DNA of 48,486 bases from Patescibacteria group bacterium (GCA_023473785.1 JAMCYD010000001.1:1-48486); one strand, 5' to 3'. Shown: positions 9,881-19,560, counted from the first letter of the stretch. Translations and numbers: made by a program. The notes: generated from the sequence alone by a model not told the origin.

Positions 9881-11403
9881 TGATAATAATTGTTGATTTT
9901 GGTTCCCAGACAACACATCTTATCTCCCGTCGTATTAAGGAACTTGGAGCACCATGCAAGGTTATTGTTCCAGAAAACATAAAAGAAATAAATAAAAAAG
10001 AAACCAAAGGCATAATCTTATCCGGAGGCCCGGCATCTGTATATGCAAAAGGCGCACCATCTATTGATCCAGAGATTTTTTCTTTTAATATTCCCATTCT
10101 TGGAATTTGTTACGGATTTCAGTTAATGGCAAAGCTTCTTGGAGGGAAAGTAGTAGCCGGTAAAAGGGAATACGGACCAGCCGGTTTGAAAATTTCAAAT
10201 TTCAAATTTCAAATTTCAAATGGATTGCCAAAGGCGTTTGTTGTTTGGATGAGTCATGGAGATGAGATAATAGAGCTGCCTAAAGGCTTTACGACGATTG
10301 GTTCAACCGAACATTTCCCGTTTGCGTTTGTGAATAATTTGAAGAAAAAAATCATTGGCGTTCAGTTTCACCCTGAAGTAGAACACACGGAATTTGGCAG
10401 CGTAGTGCTTAAAAATTTTATCGAAATTTGCAATATAAAAACAGCGGAACATCTTATAGATACAGAAGAAATTGAAAAAAATATAAAAAAGATAGCTGGA
10501 GAAAGCTATGTCATCGGTGCCGTTTCGGGAGGAGTCGACTCAACTGTGGCTTCGACTCTAGCAGCAAATGCAATTGGCAAAAAGTTTATTCCAATTTATG
10601 TTGACAACGGACTGATGAGAGCTGGCACAAGGGAACATTTAAAAGAAATCTTCGACCACATAGGTATAAATCTTAGAATAATAGATGCAAAGAAAGAAAC
10701 ACTTATCAAGCTAAAAGGAGTTACTAGTCCTGAGGAGAAAAGAATGTTAATTGGAAAATCCTACATCAGGGTTTTTGAAAAAGAGATGAAAAGACTAGTA
10801 AAACAGGGTAAAAATGTTGAATATCTTCTTCAGGGAACAATTTATTCAGATGTGATAGAAAGTAAGGGAACAAAACATGCGGCGAAAATAAAAAGTCATC
10901 ATAATGTAGGAGGACTGCCAAAAAATATGAAATTAAAACTATTAGAACCTCTTCGCCATCTATATAAAGATGAAGTACGAAGGCTTGGAAAGAAGCTCGG
11001 ATTACCAGAAGATTTTGTCCGAAAACAACCATTTCCCGGACCAGGATATGCAGTGAGAATTCGAGGAGAAGTAACTGCGCAAAGACTTCAGCGGGAAAAA
11101 CAAGCAGATGCCATTGTTCTTGCAGAGCTTGAAAAAGCAGGAGTTTTGCAGAACGTCTTTTTGTCTTTTCCGGTAATGACAAGTGCTTATTCAACCGCTG
11201 TAAAAGGGGACGGTAGGCAATTTGGAGAGGTGATTGCTCTTAGAATTATAGAATCAAAAGACATTATGACAACAACGTGGGCAAGACTTCCCTATGATTT
11301 ATTGCAAAAGATTTCATCAAGGATTGTTAATGAAGTTCCCGGTATCTCAAGGGTTGTTTACGACATTACTACAAAACCTCCTGCGACAATGGAGTGGGAA
11401 TGA
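9880..11403 (+). CDS. guaA: GMP synthase (glutamine-hydrolysing)
   Basis: DFGSQ, GICYG, QFHPEV, SGGVDS, IKSHHNVGG, KPPATMEWE. True start is ATG 9880, overlapping the guaB stop (TAATG). Confidence 0.96.
   Translation: MIIIVDFGSQTTHLISRRIKELGAPCKVIVPENIKEINKKETKGIILSGGPASVYAKGAPSIDPEIFSFNIPILGICYGFQLMAKLLGGKVVAGKREYGPAGLKISNFKFQISNGLPKAFVVWMSHGDEIIELPKGFTTIGSTEHFPFAFVNNLKKKIIGVQFHPEVEHTEFGSVVLKNFIEICNIKTAEHLIDTEEIEKNIKKIAGESYVIGAVSGGVDSTVASTLAANAIGKKFIPIYVDNGLMRAGTREHLKEIFDHIGINLRIIDAKKETLIKLKGVTSPEEKRMLIGKSYIRVFEKEMKRLVKQGKNVEYLLQGTIYSDVIESKGTKHAAKIKSHHNVGGLPKNMKLKLLEPLRHLYKDEVRRLGKKLGLPEDFVRKQPFPGPGYAVRIRGEVTAQRLQREKQADAIVLAELEKAGVLQNVFLSFPVMTSAYSTAVKGDGRQFGEVIALRIIESKDIMTTTWARLPYDLLQKISSRIVNEVPGISRVVYDITTKPPATMEWE
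10190..10221 (+). repeat. perfect heptanucleotide tandem repeat (AAATTTC)4+AAAT inside guaA
   Basis: Read directly; encodes KISNFKFQISN. Confidence 0.9.
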
Positions 11404-11417
11404 TATTAAATTAAAAA

Positions 11418-12773
11418 TTATGATTTACGCTTATGGGAAACTTTTATTTTGCGACTAAATACTACGCCAGCCCGTTTGAAAGCAATGTCAATATTTCTCA
11501 AATAAAAATTTGGATCAAAAAGTTGTTCTAGTTCCCTAGTATCTATATGTTGACTTATCAAAGGATCCATAATCGCCAATTCTAAAAGTTGTGTTTTTGT
11601 ATCCATTGCTTTTTGAGCAAGACCTTTCACCAGTTCATAGGCTTCTGTTCTTGGTAATCCTTTGTCTAGCAATGCGTTTAGTAAACGGGAACTAAAAATT
11701 GCCCCATAAGTTTTGCCAAGATTTTCAAGCATTCTTTGGGGATAGGTTTCTAACCCATCAATAACTTCTCTCATTAACTTTGCGGCATACATAAGACCTC
11801 CAAACGCATCGGGAAAAGTAAATCTTTCAGTGGAAGAGTGGCTTATATCTCTTTCAAGCCATGGTATTGCCGCATCAAGTTCTTCCGCTGCTGCTCCTCG
11901 GACTCTCCTATTGAGCCCATCGATGCGTTCTGTTAACTCGGTGTTTCTTTTGTGAGGCATTGAGCTTGATCCTTGTTGAGAAGCCGCATCAAAAGGTTCA
12001 CGCACCTCTCCCACTTCAGTCATTGCAAGTAATCTTACATTCATTGCAATGCGTGCCAAAGTAGCTGAATTAACTGCCATAAGAGAAAGAACCTCAGCAT
12101 GTCTATCTCGGCTAATTATTTGAGTTGGCGCAGGATCGGGTTTTAGGCCTAATTTTCTAAGAGCAAGTTCTTCAAGCTTCGGTTCGATAAATACATTTGT
12201 ACCTATTTCTCCTGATAATTTCCCAAAAGAAATTACTTCTTTAGATCTATCTATCCTCTCCACACCTCGTCCTACTTCTGCGTACCAACCTAATAATTGG
12301 CGGCCAAATGTCTGAGGAATTGCCTGTTGAGTATGTGTTCTTCCAATCTGCAACGTGCCTTTATATTTTATAGCCTTTTTCTTTAGTGAGACTCCTAGTC
12401 CTATAAATTCATTTCTAACTAGATTAAGAGCATCAATTGTCTGTAAAGCAAGACTGGTGTCAAGGACATCGGAGCTAGTAAGTCCTTTATGAAGAAAGTT
12501 TCCTACGTCTTTAGGAAGTCTTCCCTGGACTCTTCTAAGCAACTTATTTGTTTCATGTCCTTTGGCTTCATTTAAAGCTGCAATATCTTCTATAGATAGT
12601 TCTAATGCAGCATTAATTTGCATTAATTGCGTTTCTGTCGGTTCTCCATACAGCTTATGACTTGCTTCGCATTGGGCTCCCCAAATTTTTACTTGTGCAC
12701 GGAAATATCCCTCTGGTTCCCAAAGTCTTTCCATATCGGGGACTTGTCCTGCGTAGCGTTCTGGTAATGGCAT
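11418..12773 (-). CDS. purB: adenylosuccinate lyase
   Basis: HKGLTSSDVLDT, GRTH, TQIISRDRHA, GSSSMPHKRN, ERDISHSSTER. Confidence 0.93.
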   Translation of the reverse strand: MPLPERYAGQVPDMERLWEPEGYFRAQVKIWGAQCEASHKLYGEPTETQLMQINAALELSIEDIAALNEAKGHETNKLLRRVQGRLPKDVGNFLHKGLTSSDVLDTSLALQTIDALNLVRNEFIGLGVSLKKKAIKYKGTLQIGRTHTQQAIPQTFGRQLLGWYAEVGRGVERIDRSKEVISFGKLSGEIGTNVFIEPKLEELALRKLGLKPDPAPTQIISRDRHAEVLSLMAVNSATLARIAMNVRLLAMTEVGEVREPFDAASQQGSSSMPHKRNTELTERIDGLNRRVRGAAAEELDAAIPWLERDISHSSTERFTFPDAFGGLMYAAKLMREVIDGLETYPQRMLENLGKTYGAIFSSRLLNALLDKGLPRTEAYELVKGLAQKAMDTKTQLLELAIMDPLISQHIDTRELEQLFDPNFYLRNIDIAFKRAGVVFSRKIKVSHKRKS

Positions 12774-12814
12774 ATAAATTTACGTTCGTACTATATTTTA
12801 TTAGCAGATTAAAG

Positions 12815-14086
12815 TCAAATTTTTATAATCTCGGTTCTTTCGCCTCCGGTTGAAACATATTTAATTTTTGTTCCTGCCAATTTTTCAATTCCTTTCAAAT
12901 ATTCTTTTGCTTCAATGGGTAAGTCAGCATATTTTTTAATACCCTTTGTCGGTTTTTTCCATCCTTTAAAAGTTTTGTAAACCGGTTTAACTCTACTTAG
13001 AAATACGGCATCTCCGGCAGAATAATTAACCTTTTTACCATCATATGTATATGAAGTGCAGACTTTAATTTGAGGAAATCCGTCCAAGACATCAAGTTTA
13101 GTGATAGCAAGACCTGTATAGCCGTTGATCTGACTGGCAAAACGAATAAGTTCAATATCAAGCCAGCCACATCTTCTCTTTCTTCCGGTCGTTGTTCCAA
13201 ACTCGTTACCTTTTTCTCTTAATTTTTCGCCAACGCTTTCAAAAAGCTCAGTTGGGAAAGGACCTGATCCGACCCGTGTCGTGTAAGCCTTAACTACGCC
13301 AATGATATTATTTATATCCCTTGGGGGTATCCCAGCGCCTGCTGTTACCCCGCCTGATAAAACAGTTGATGCGCTTACAAATGGGTAAGTGCCCCAATCA
13401 TTGTCCAGAAAAACTCCATGAGCTCCTTCTAAGAGAATTTCTTTTTTATTCTTTATTGCATTTTGAAGCAGGGGATAGACTTCGGCAACATAGGGTTTTA
13501 TTTTTTCTCTAATTTTTAGAAAATGATCAGCGATTTCATTTTTTGAAAGTTTTTTCTCTCCCAAGGCAGTTAAAATTTTGTTCTTAAGAATAAGCTGGGT
13601 TTCAAGTTTTTCCAAAAACCCTGTTTTGCTTAAGAGATCGGCAATTCTTATGCCGTTGTAACTTACCTTGTCAGCGTAAGTTGGTCCAATACCTCTTCCT
13701 GTTGTGCCGGTTTTTTTCTTCCCTTTTGCTTCTTCGTAAAGTCTGTCAAGAATTTTATGATACGGCATTATGAGATGACAGCGTGGAGAAATAAAAAGTC
13801 TTCCTTTTGTTTTTATTCCGGATTTTTCAAGAGACTCAATCTCCGAGACTAAAACCTCCAAATCAAGTATTACGCCGTTTGATATTATTGCTTTGCTTTT
13901 CTCATTGAAAATTCCCGAAGGGACAAGATGCATGGGGAATTTACCTAATTTATTAATAACCGTATGTCCGGCGTTGTTTCCCCCATGAAATCTGACAACA
14001 TAGTCTGATTTAAGAGAAAGATAATCAATTATTTTGCCTTTGCCTTCATCTCCCCATTGAGAGCCGATTACTAAAGTTACTGCCAC
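12815..14086 (-). CDS. purA: adenylosuccinate synthetase
   Basis: GSQWGDEGKGK, GGNNAGHT, GTTGRGIGPTY, EFGTTTGRKRRCGW, TKLDVL; GTG start. Confidence 0.97.
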   Translation of the reverse strand: MAVTLVIGSQWGDEGKGKIIDYLSLKSDYVVRFHGGNNAGHTVINKLGKFPMHLVPSGIFNEKSKAIISNGVILDLEVLVSEIESLEKSGIKTKGRLFISPRCHLIMPYHKILDRLYEEAKGKKKTGTTGRGIGPTYADKVSYNGIRIADLLSKTGFLEKLETQLILKNKILTALGEKKLSKNEIADHFLKIREKIKPYVAEVYPLLQNAIKNKKEILLEGAHGVFLDNDWGTYPFVSASTVLSGGVTAGAGIPPRDINNIIGVVKAYTTRVGSGPFPTELFESVGEKLREKGNEFGTTTGRKRRCGWLDIELIRFASQINGYTGLAITKLDVLDGFPQIKVCTSYTYDGKKVNYSAGDAVFLSRVKPVYKTFKGWKKPTKGIKKYADLPIEAKEYLKGIEKLAGTKIKYVSTGGERTEIIKI

Positions 14087-14150
14087 AGCAAGAGTATTTT
14101 AAGTTAGATCGATATGAAAAGCAATAAGGAAGTGGTAAAATAAACGGGCC

Positions 14151-15911
14151 ATGGATGAGGTTGCAAATGTTCGTGAAAAAATCGATATAGTTTCATTTAT
14201 CAGCGAATATATTCCTCTTAAAAAAGCAGGAAGAAATTTTAAAGCAAATTGCCCTTTCCACAGCGAAAAAACACCATCTTTTGTCGTTTCTCCGGAGCGT
14301 CAGATCTGGCACTGTTTTGGCTGCGGAAAGGGAGGAGATGCTTTCACATTTCTTATGGATTACGATAGCCTTGAGTTTGTCGAGGCGCTTCGCATCTTGG
14401 CTAAAAAGACAGGAATTGAATTACAAGAACACGCGTCTTTTAAAACTGAGACTTCCCAAAAAGAAAGGATATACCGTCTTAATAATCTTGCCTGCGATTT
14501 TTATCATTATCTTCTGACAAAGCATCCGATTGGCAAGCCTGCGCTTTCCTATTTAACAAAAGTCAGGAAAATCGATCCAAGAATCATAGAGACATTTATG
14601 CTTGGTTTTTCTCCGGGAAGAGGAGCTGCCTTATCAAACTATCTTATTGATAAAAAGAAATATAAAAGAGGAGATCTTACAGAGGCAGGATTGTCTTTTG
14701 AGAGAGAAGGAAGAATAGTTGATTTTTTCAGAAATAGAATTATGTTTCCGCTTTTTGACCATAGGGACAATATTGTAGGATTTTCAGGAAGATCAATTGA
14801 TCAAAATAGTCAGGTGGATGGAGGATCAAAGTACGTGAATACCAAAGATACCCCTGCCTATCATAAAGGAAGCATGTTTTTTGGTCTTAATATGGCCAGA
14901 GATGAAATCAAAAAAAACGGTCAAGCGATAATAGTTGAAGGAGAATTTGATGTTATATCTTGCTATGCCGCCGGTATAAAAAATGTAGTTGCTATAAAAG
15001 GAACAGCTCTTACGGATAATCAAGTAACTCTTATTGCAAGGTATGCGCCAAAAGTGACTCTTTGTCTGGATCAGGATGAAGCTGGTTTTGAAGCAATAAG
15101 GAGGAGTCTGCCGGTGCTTGAAAAAAAAGGATTAACAACAACAATTATAAGCCTTGGAAATTTTAAGGATCCGGATGAGGCTATAAGCAGAGATCCATTT
15201 TTCTTCAAAAAATCAGTTAAGAATGAGATTGGTATCTACGATTTTCTAATTGAGCGTTTCTTAAAAAGAGTTGATAAAAAGACAGCCTTAGGGAAGAAAG
15301 AAATTGCCAACAGTCTTCTTCCATTTTTAAGTCTGATTGATAACCAGATTGTCAAAGAGCATTATCTTAAAAACCTGAGTCTTGAACTTGATACTTCATA
15401 TGAAAATCTGGTGCTTGAGATGGAAAAATTGTCTAAAAAAGAAGAGCCAACATCCAGTTTTATCTCAGGCAAAAAAGACAAAAGGGAGAGAAAGGAAGTT
15501 TTGGAAGAATACCTGCTCTCTCTTGTTTTTCAAAGCGAGGACATTGAAGGTTCTTGGAAAATCGCAAATTCAACACTTCTTGACTACTCTTTCGAACTGG
15601 CTTCTTACCAAAAAATTTTTGCTCTTGTTCCTATTTATTTTCAAAATCATAAAGTGTTTCAAAGTAAGCTATTCGGGGAATCACTTCCAAAAGAGATAAT
15701 TTCTGTATTTGATACATGTTTTATATTTCCTCTTCCAAAATTCCAAGATATCGCAAAGTACAATGAGGAATTGGAAAAAGTAGCAAAAGAGCTACGTATC
15801 CTCTATATCAAAAACAAAATTAAGTTTATTAGTCAAAATACAAAAGACGAAAATTATGAAAAAAATCAAAAAGAATTAGCAGCTTTGATAAGTCTTCTGC
15901 CAAAATCCTGA
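14151..15911 (+). CDS. dnaG: DNA primase
   Basis: CPFH...CFGC zinc finger, FRNRIMFP, VEGEFDV and DxD TOPRIM motifs, KDPDE. Confidence 0.96.
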   Translation: MDEVANVREKIDIVSFISEYIPLKKAGRNFKANCPFHSEKTPSFVVSPERQIWHCFGCGKGGDAFTFLMDYDSLEFVEALRILAKKTGIELQEHASFKTETSQKERIYRLNNLACDFYHYLLTKHPIGKPALSYLTKVRKIDPRIIETFMLGFSPGRGAALSNYLIDKKKYKRGDLTEAGLSFEREGRIVDFFRNRIMFPLFDHRDNIVGFSGRSIDQNSQVDGGSKYVNTKDTPAYHKGSMFFGLNMARDEIKKNGQAIIVEGEFDVISCYAAGIKNVVAIKGTALTDNQVTLIARYAPKVTLCLDQDEAGFEAIRRSLPVLEKKGLTTTIISLGNFKDPDEAISRDPFFFKKSVKNEIGIYDFLIERFLKRVDKKTALGKKEIANSLLPFLSLIDNQIVKEHYLKNLSLELDTSYENLVLEMEKLSKKEEPTSSFISGKKDKRERKEVLEEYLLSLVFQSEDIEGSWKIANSTLLDYSFELASYQKIFALVPIYFQNHKVFQSKLFGESLPKEIISVFDTCFIFPLPKFQDIAKYNEELEKVAKELRILYIKNKIKFISQNTKDENYEKNQKELAALISLLPKS

Positions 15912-15932
15912 TATTGTGGTAAAATAGACTTA

Positions 15933-17015
15933 ATGAGACGTAAATCTCCCAACATCTTAAAAGATATTGTTGATTCTGCCAAAAAAAGAGGGTATATAAC
16001 TCAGGATGAGATATTGGCAATTTTTCCGCGTCCCGAGGAGCACATAGAGGATCTTGATAAGCTTTACGATAAGCTTCTTAAGCTTGATGTTGATGTATTC
16101 GAGTCGGTTGCCCCGGATCAGGAAAATGAAAAACCAATAGAAGACTTGGAGAAAGAACTCGCCGCTCTTACTGTTTTAACGGAGGGAACAGTCTCTGATC
16201 CTGTTAGGATGTATCTTAAGGAAATAGGCAAGATTCCGCTTCTCAATTTCGAACAGGAGATTTCTTTGGCAAAAAGAGTTGAAAAGGGAGATAGGGAAGC
16301 AAAGCAAATCCTTATAAGCTCAAACTTGCGTCTTGTTGTATCAATTGCCAAAAAGTATGTGGGGAGAGGACTTACTCTTCTTGATCTAATTCAAGAAGGA
16401 AATCAGGGGTTAATAAGAGCAGTTGAGAAATATGACTGGAGACGGGGTTATAAGTTTTCAACTTATGCAACTTGGTGGATTAGGCAGTCCATAACAAGGG
16501 CAATTGCCGATCAGGCCCGAACTATTAGAATTCCAGTTCACATGGTTGAAAATATCAACAGGTTTTTGCGGGCATCAAGAAAACTTATGCAGGAATTAGG
16601 TCGTGAGCCAGCTCCGGAGGAGGTTGCAAAAGTTTTGGGAATTGAGCCGGAGAAAGCAATGGAGATTATTAAAATATCCCAGGAGCCGGCCAGTCTTGAA
16701 TCACCGGTTGGCGATGAAGAAGATTCAAGGCTTGGTGATTTTATCCATGATGCAACAGCCCCAACCCTTTTTGACGGCGCATCACGAGAACTTCTCAAGG
16801 AGCAGGTTGAGCAGGTACTATCAACCCTTTCCGATAGGGAGAAAAGAGTACTTGAGGAGAGATTTGGTCTAAAAGATGGAAAACCAAAAACACTTGAAGA
16901 GGTTGGAAGAATGTTTGCTGTAACGCGGGAGAGAATAAGACAAATAGAAGCCAAGGCTCTTCGAAAACTCCGCCATCCATCGCGGGGCAATAAACTCAAG
17001 GATTATCTGGGATAA
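15933..17015 (+). CDS. rpoD: primary sigma factor RpoD/SigA
   Basis: [52 protein letters not shown]; follows dnaG. Confidence 0.97.
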   Translation: MRRKSPNILKDIVDSAKKRGYITQDEILAIFPRPEEHIEDLDKLYDKLLKLDVDVFESVAPDQENEKPIEDLEKELAALTVLTEGTVSDPVRMYLKEIGKIPLLNFEQEISLAKRVEKGDREAKQILISSNLRLVVSIAKKYVGRGLTLLDLIQEGNQGLIRAVEKYDWRRGYKFSTYATWWIRQSITRAIADQARTIRIPVHMVENINRFLRASRKLMQELGREPAPEEVAKVLGIEPEKAMEIIKISQEPASLESPVGDEEDSRLGDFIHDATAPTLFDGASRELLKEQVEQVLSTLSDREKRVLEERFGLKDGKPKTLEEVGRMFAVTRERIRQIEAKALRKLRHPSRGNKLKDYLG

Positions 17016-17023
17016 GTTAAACT

Positions 17024-17752
17024 TCAGCCTAATTTTCTCATCCACTCGTGCGCATACTGCTGGGCCTTTTCAGTTTTTATTACTTCCAATATTTTCTTTG
17101 CAATAAATTCTGCCGAGTCAGCCGGGGGAAGATTACTATTCTCTCCTTGAGCAGGTTTAACAAAGTCATTTCCTTCCAGCATATTTTTTTCAAAATCAGT
17201 AAGAGTTATATATGGATAGACAACATTTACGATGATACTGTCCTTTTTTAATTCTTCGCGGGCGGTAAGAGATAAGGCATTGATCATCCTTTTCGTTGAG
17301 GAATAAGCACTCATATTCGGTAGGTACATAAGTGATGTTCCGGAGCTGATATTTACAATCATCCCGCCGCCTTGTTTTCTCATAATCGGTATTACGGCTT
17401 GCATGGCAACAAGAGGGCCAACAACATTTAACTCAAAAAGCTGCCGAAATTTATCAGTCTGGGTTTTTTCAACCGGAGCATCATACCCTCTCCCAGCATT
17501 ATTAATCAGAATGTCAATTCTGCCATAATGGTTTTTTACTTTATCCATCATTTCTTTAACATTGTTTTCTTTTGAAACATCTGTTGCGACTGGAAATGAC
17601 AGAGGGAGTTCTTTTGAAATTTTTTCAATTTTTTCTTTTGAGCGGGCCACAAGCGCAACTTTCGCTCCTTTTTGAGTCAGAAGTTTTGCCGTTGCAAGTC
17701 CGATGCCCGAAGATGCACCAGTAACAATTACAACTTTGTCTTTAATACTCAT
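17024..17752 (-). CDS. classical short-chain dehydrogenase/reductase
   Basis: TGASSGIG, NNAG, catalytic YSSTK. Confidence 0.9.
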   Translation of the reverse strand: MSIKDKVVIVTGASSGIGLATAKLLTQKGAKVALVARSKEKIEKISKELPLSFPVATDVSKENNVKEMMDKVKNHYGRIDILINNAGRGYDAPVEKTQTDKFRQLFELNVVGPLVAMQAVIPIMRKQGGGMIVNISSGTSLMYLPNMSAYSSTKRMINALSLTAREELKKDSIIVNVVYPYITLTDFEKNMLEGNDFVKPAQGENSNLPPADSAEFIAKKILEVIKTEKAQQYAHEWMRKLG

Positions 17753-17791
17753 GCGGCAATTATATCAGAAGGTGCTTTGGTTTCTCATCTT

Positions 17792-18490
17792 CTATTTTAG
17801 TTCCCAGGTTTTTATGATGTTTCTGTCAAGAAAAACTGCATTGCATGTGAGCAGTGTCACCGAGTCAACTGTGTAGGGTTCAAAAGAAATTGATTTTGAT
17901 AATTCCTCGACCCGCTTTAAAAACTCGCGAGTAGGTGCGTTATTGAATCTTGCCAGAGTAGTGTTACTGAAAAAACGCTGTGAGCTTATATATACCTTGT
18001 CGTCCGGCACGCCTGCTTTTTTAAGTTCTCTGTCTAAGTCAAGAATAATATTGTCCAGTTCTGGATCTGTGGTGCCGACAAGAGCAAGGTTATTTGGAAA
18101 TAGCAGTAAGCGATAAAAATAAACATTAAATCTTTTATGACGGGGGATGACTGACTCAAAAACTTGTGTTGCTTTACTTATATCCTCATTTACGAAGTGA
18201 GGCGGGTCATTGATAACTCGAACATTTTTTATAGACATATGCAGTGAATCGGGTGGATAGAAGAAGTAATCAGGCGTTACCTTCCTTAGCGGTTCAATCA
18301 AAAAACTCTCTATTTTATTGATTAACTGCTCATGGGGTATGTGTACGCTTGTTAAGCAGATGCGAGTGTCTTTTCCAAAATCATTAACAGGAGAAACCGC
18401 ACTAAGCCTGAATGAACGGCTAATAACTTGCTGCTCAATTTGGTTAATTAACCCTATCTGCTCTTTTTGATAGGGTGAGGAAATATCCAT
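17792..18490 (-). CDS. 2H phosphoesterase-like protein with degenerate second motif
   Basis: YPPDSLHMSI first motif; second position reads NTTLARF instead of HxT; C-terminal beta pattern fits the family. Confidence 0.6.
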   Translation of the reverse strand: MDISSPYQKEQIGLINQIEQQVISRSFRLSAVSPVNDFGKDTRICLTSVHIPHEQLINKIESFLIEPLRKVTPDYFFYPPDSLHMSIKNVRVINDPPHFVNEDISKATQVFESVIPRHKRFNVYFYRLLLFPNNLALVGTTDPELDNIILDLDRELKKAGVPDDKVYISSQRFFSNTTLARFNNAPTREFLKRVEELSKSISFEPYTVDSVTLLTCNAVFLDRNIIKTWELK

Positions 18491-18550
18491 AATGAAATTA
18501 TACCAGAACCTGAATGTTTTAAATAAGTTCTAGCTTTTCCTTCCCCTCCA

Positions 18551-18559
18551 TGATAGAAT
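18551..18559 (+). promoter_or_regulatory. extended -10 promoter for the tRNA-Asn/GIY-YIG unit
   Basis: TGaTAGAAT, 17 nt upstream of the degenerate tRNA 5' copy. Confidence 0.55.
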
Positions 18560-18576
18560 AAGTTTCACAATTATAT

Positions 18577-18623
18577 TCCTCTGTAGCTCTCCGCCAGCTG
18601 GCGGAGGTAGAGCAGAGCCTGTT
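18577..18623 (+). pseudogene. degenerate duplicated 5' half of tRNA-Asn with palindrome in D-loop
   Basis: TCCTCTGTAGCTC-[TCCGCCAGCTGGCGGA]-GGTAGAGCA-GAGCCTGTT versus the intact TCCTCTGTAGCTC-AGT-GGTAGAGCA-CTCGCCTGTT; ends at the anticodon. Confidence 0.85.
18589..18606. repeat. perfect 18-bp GC-rich palindrome CTCCGCCAGCTGGCGGAG (REP-like)
   Basis: Self-reverse-complementary; related copies at 31556 and 36409. Confidence 0.9.
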
Positions 18624-18624
18624 T

Positions 18625-18876
18625 ATGTATTACATTTATGCTGTGTATAACAAAAACAGTAATAAAATATATATTGGTCAAACAGAAAATTTAGAAGAGC
18701 GATTAAGGCTTCATAATGAAAGGGCATTTAAGCATAGTTATACATCTAGATTTATTGGAGAATGGAGCTTAATATATAAAGAAGAAGCTGATAATAGAAT
18801 TACAGCATTAAAAAGGGAGAAGCAGTTAAAGAGTTTTCGAGGAAGAGAATTTATAAAACAACATATTCCTCTGTAG
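18625..18876 (+). CDS. small GIY-YIG nuclease (UPF0213/SLX1-like)
   Basis: YIY...YIGQT..L..RL..HN and ALKREKQLK motifs; stop codon TAG (18874-18876) lies inside tRNA-Asn. Confidence 0.9.
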   Translation: MYYIYAVYNKNSNKIYIGQTENLEERLRLHNERAFKHSYTSRFIGEWSLIYKEEADNRITALKREKQLKSFRGREFIKQHIPL

Positions 18877-18941
18877 CTCAGTGGTAGAGCACTCGCCTGT
18901 TAAGCGATTGGTCGGAGGTTCGAATCCTCCCGGAGGAGCCA
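18867..18941 (+). tRNA. tRNA-Asn(GTT)
   Basis: Acceptor TCCTCTG/CGGAGGA, D arm GCTC/GAGC, anticodon loop CTGTTAA, T arm GGAGG-TTCGAAT-CCTCC, discriminator G, encoded CCA; one C.T mismatch at the top of the anticodon stem. Confidence 0.96.
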
Positions 18942-18981
18942 GATATTTTAGCCTCGATTTATGCTATAATTCCTCCTTATT

Positions 18982-19560
18982 ATGACATCGCCTGAGCAAC
19001 TTCTAACTTTTTATCAAAGAGGATTAATGCCAGAAGCTGGATTTAGATATACAGATGTTTATGCAGATGCAGCTAGATTATTAAGCATTGCTTATTCAGA
19101 GCAGCATCACGAGCCTCCGCCTAGGGTTCATCCTCAAAGTTTCGATGAGATTTGGTTGATGCGTGACAAACTTGCTAAATTCAATGTCTCATTAGGGAGA
19201 TCTCTAGAAGATCAAGAAGCTTATTATGCTTTTATAAAAACAATGGATAAACCAGATCAGTTAATCGTTGATAAGTATTTTGATGGAAAAATATCGCCGG
19301 ATGACAGAAGATTTGCAATTGTTCCGAATGAATATCCTGCGTCAATGCCTTCTGATGCACAGCATTTTTTAATGTGGTACATTGACAATGGTTTACCAAA
19401 TAGTTGGGTAGTTGATAAAATTGCTGAGTATATTATAGAACAAAAATTAACAACTGCCGATTTTGCTGCTTATCGTAAACCATCGAACGCTGGTTCTTTT
19501 TTACCAGGTTTTTCTCGTTCAATAAGTTTGCCACATGTGCATCTTATATTAAGAAGATAA
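18982..19560 (+). CDS. HIT-like protein resembling the DUF3605/GIG1 family
   Basis: IVPNEYP...HFLMW and SI..PHVHL motifs. Confidence 0.55.
   Translation: MTSPEQLLTFYQRGLMPEAGFRYTDVYADAARLLSIAYSEQHHEPPPRVHPQSFDEIWLMRDKLAKFNVSLGRSLEDQEAYYAFIKTMDKPDQLIVDKYFDGKISPDDRRFAIVPNEYPASMPSDAQHFLMWYIDNGLPNSWVVDKIAEYIIEQKLTTADFAAYRKPSNAGSFLPGFSRSISLPHVHLILRR

Noticed and set aside
18577..18941. tRNA intron (group I or BHB) encoding a homing nuclease
   Set aside because: The downstream tRNA is complete by itself, the upstream part is a duplicate rather than an exon, and there is no room for a ribozyme core.
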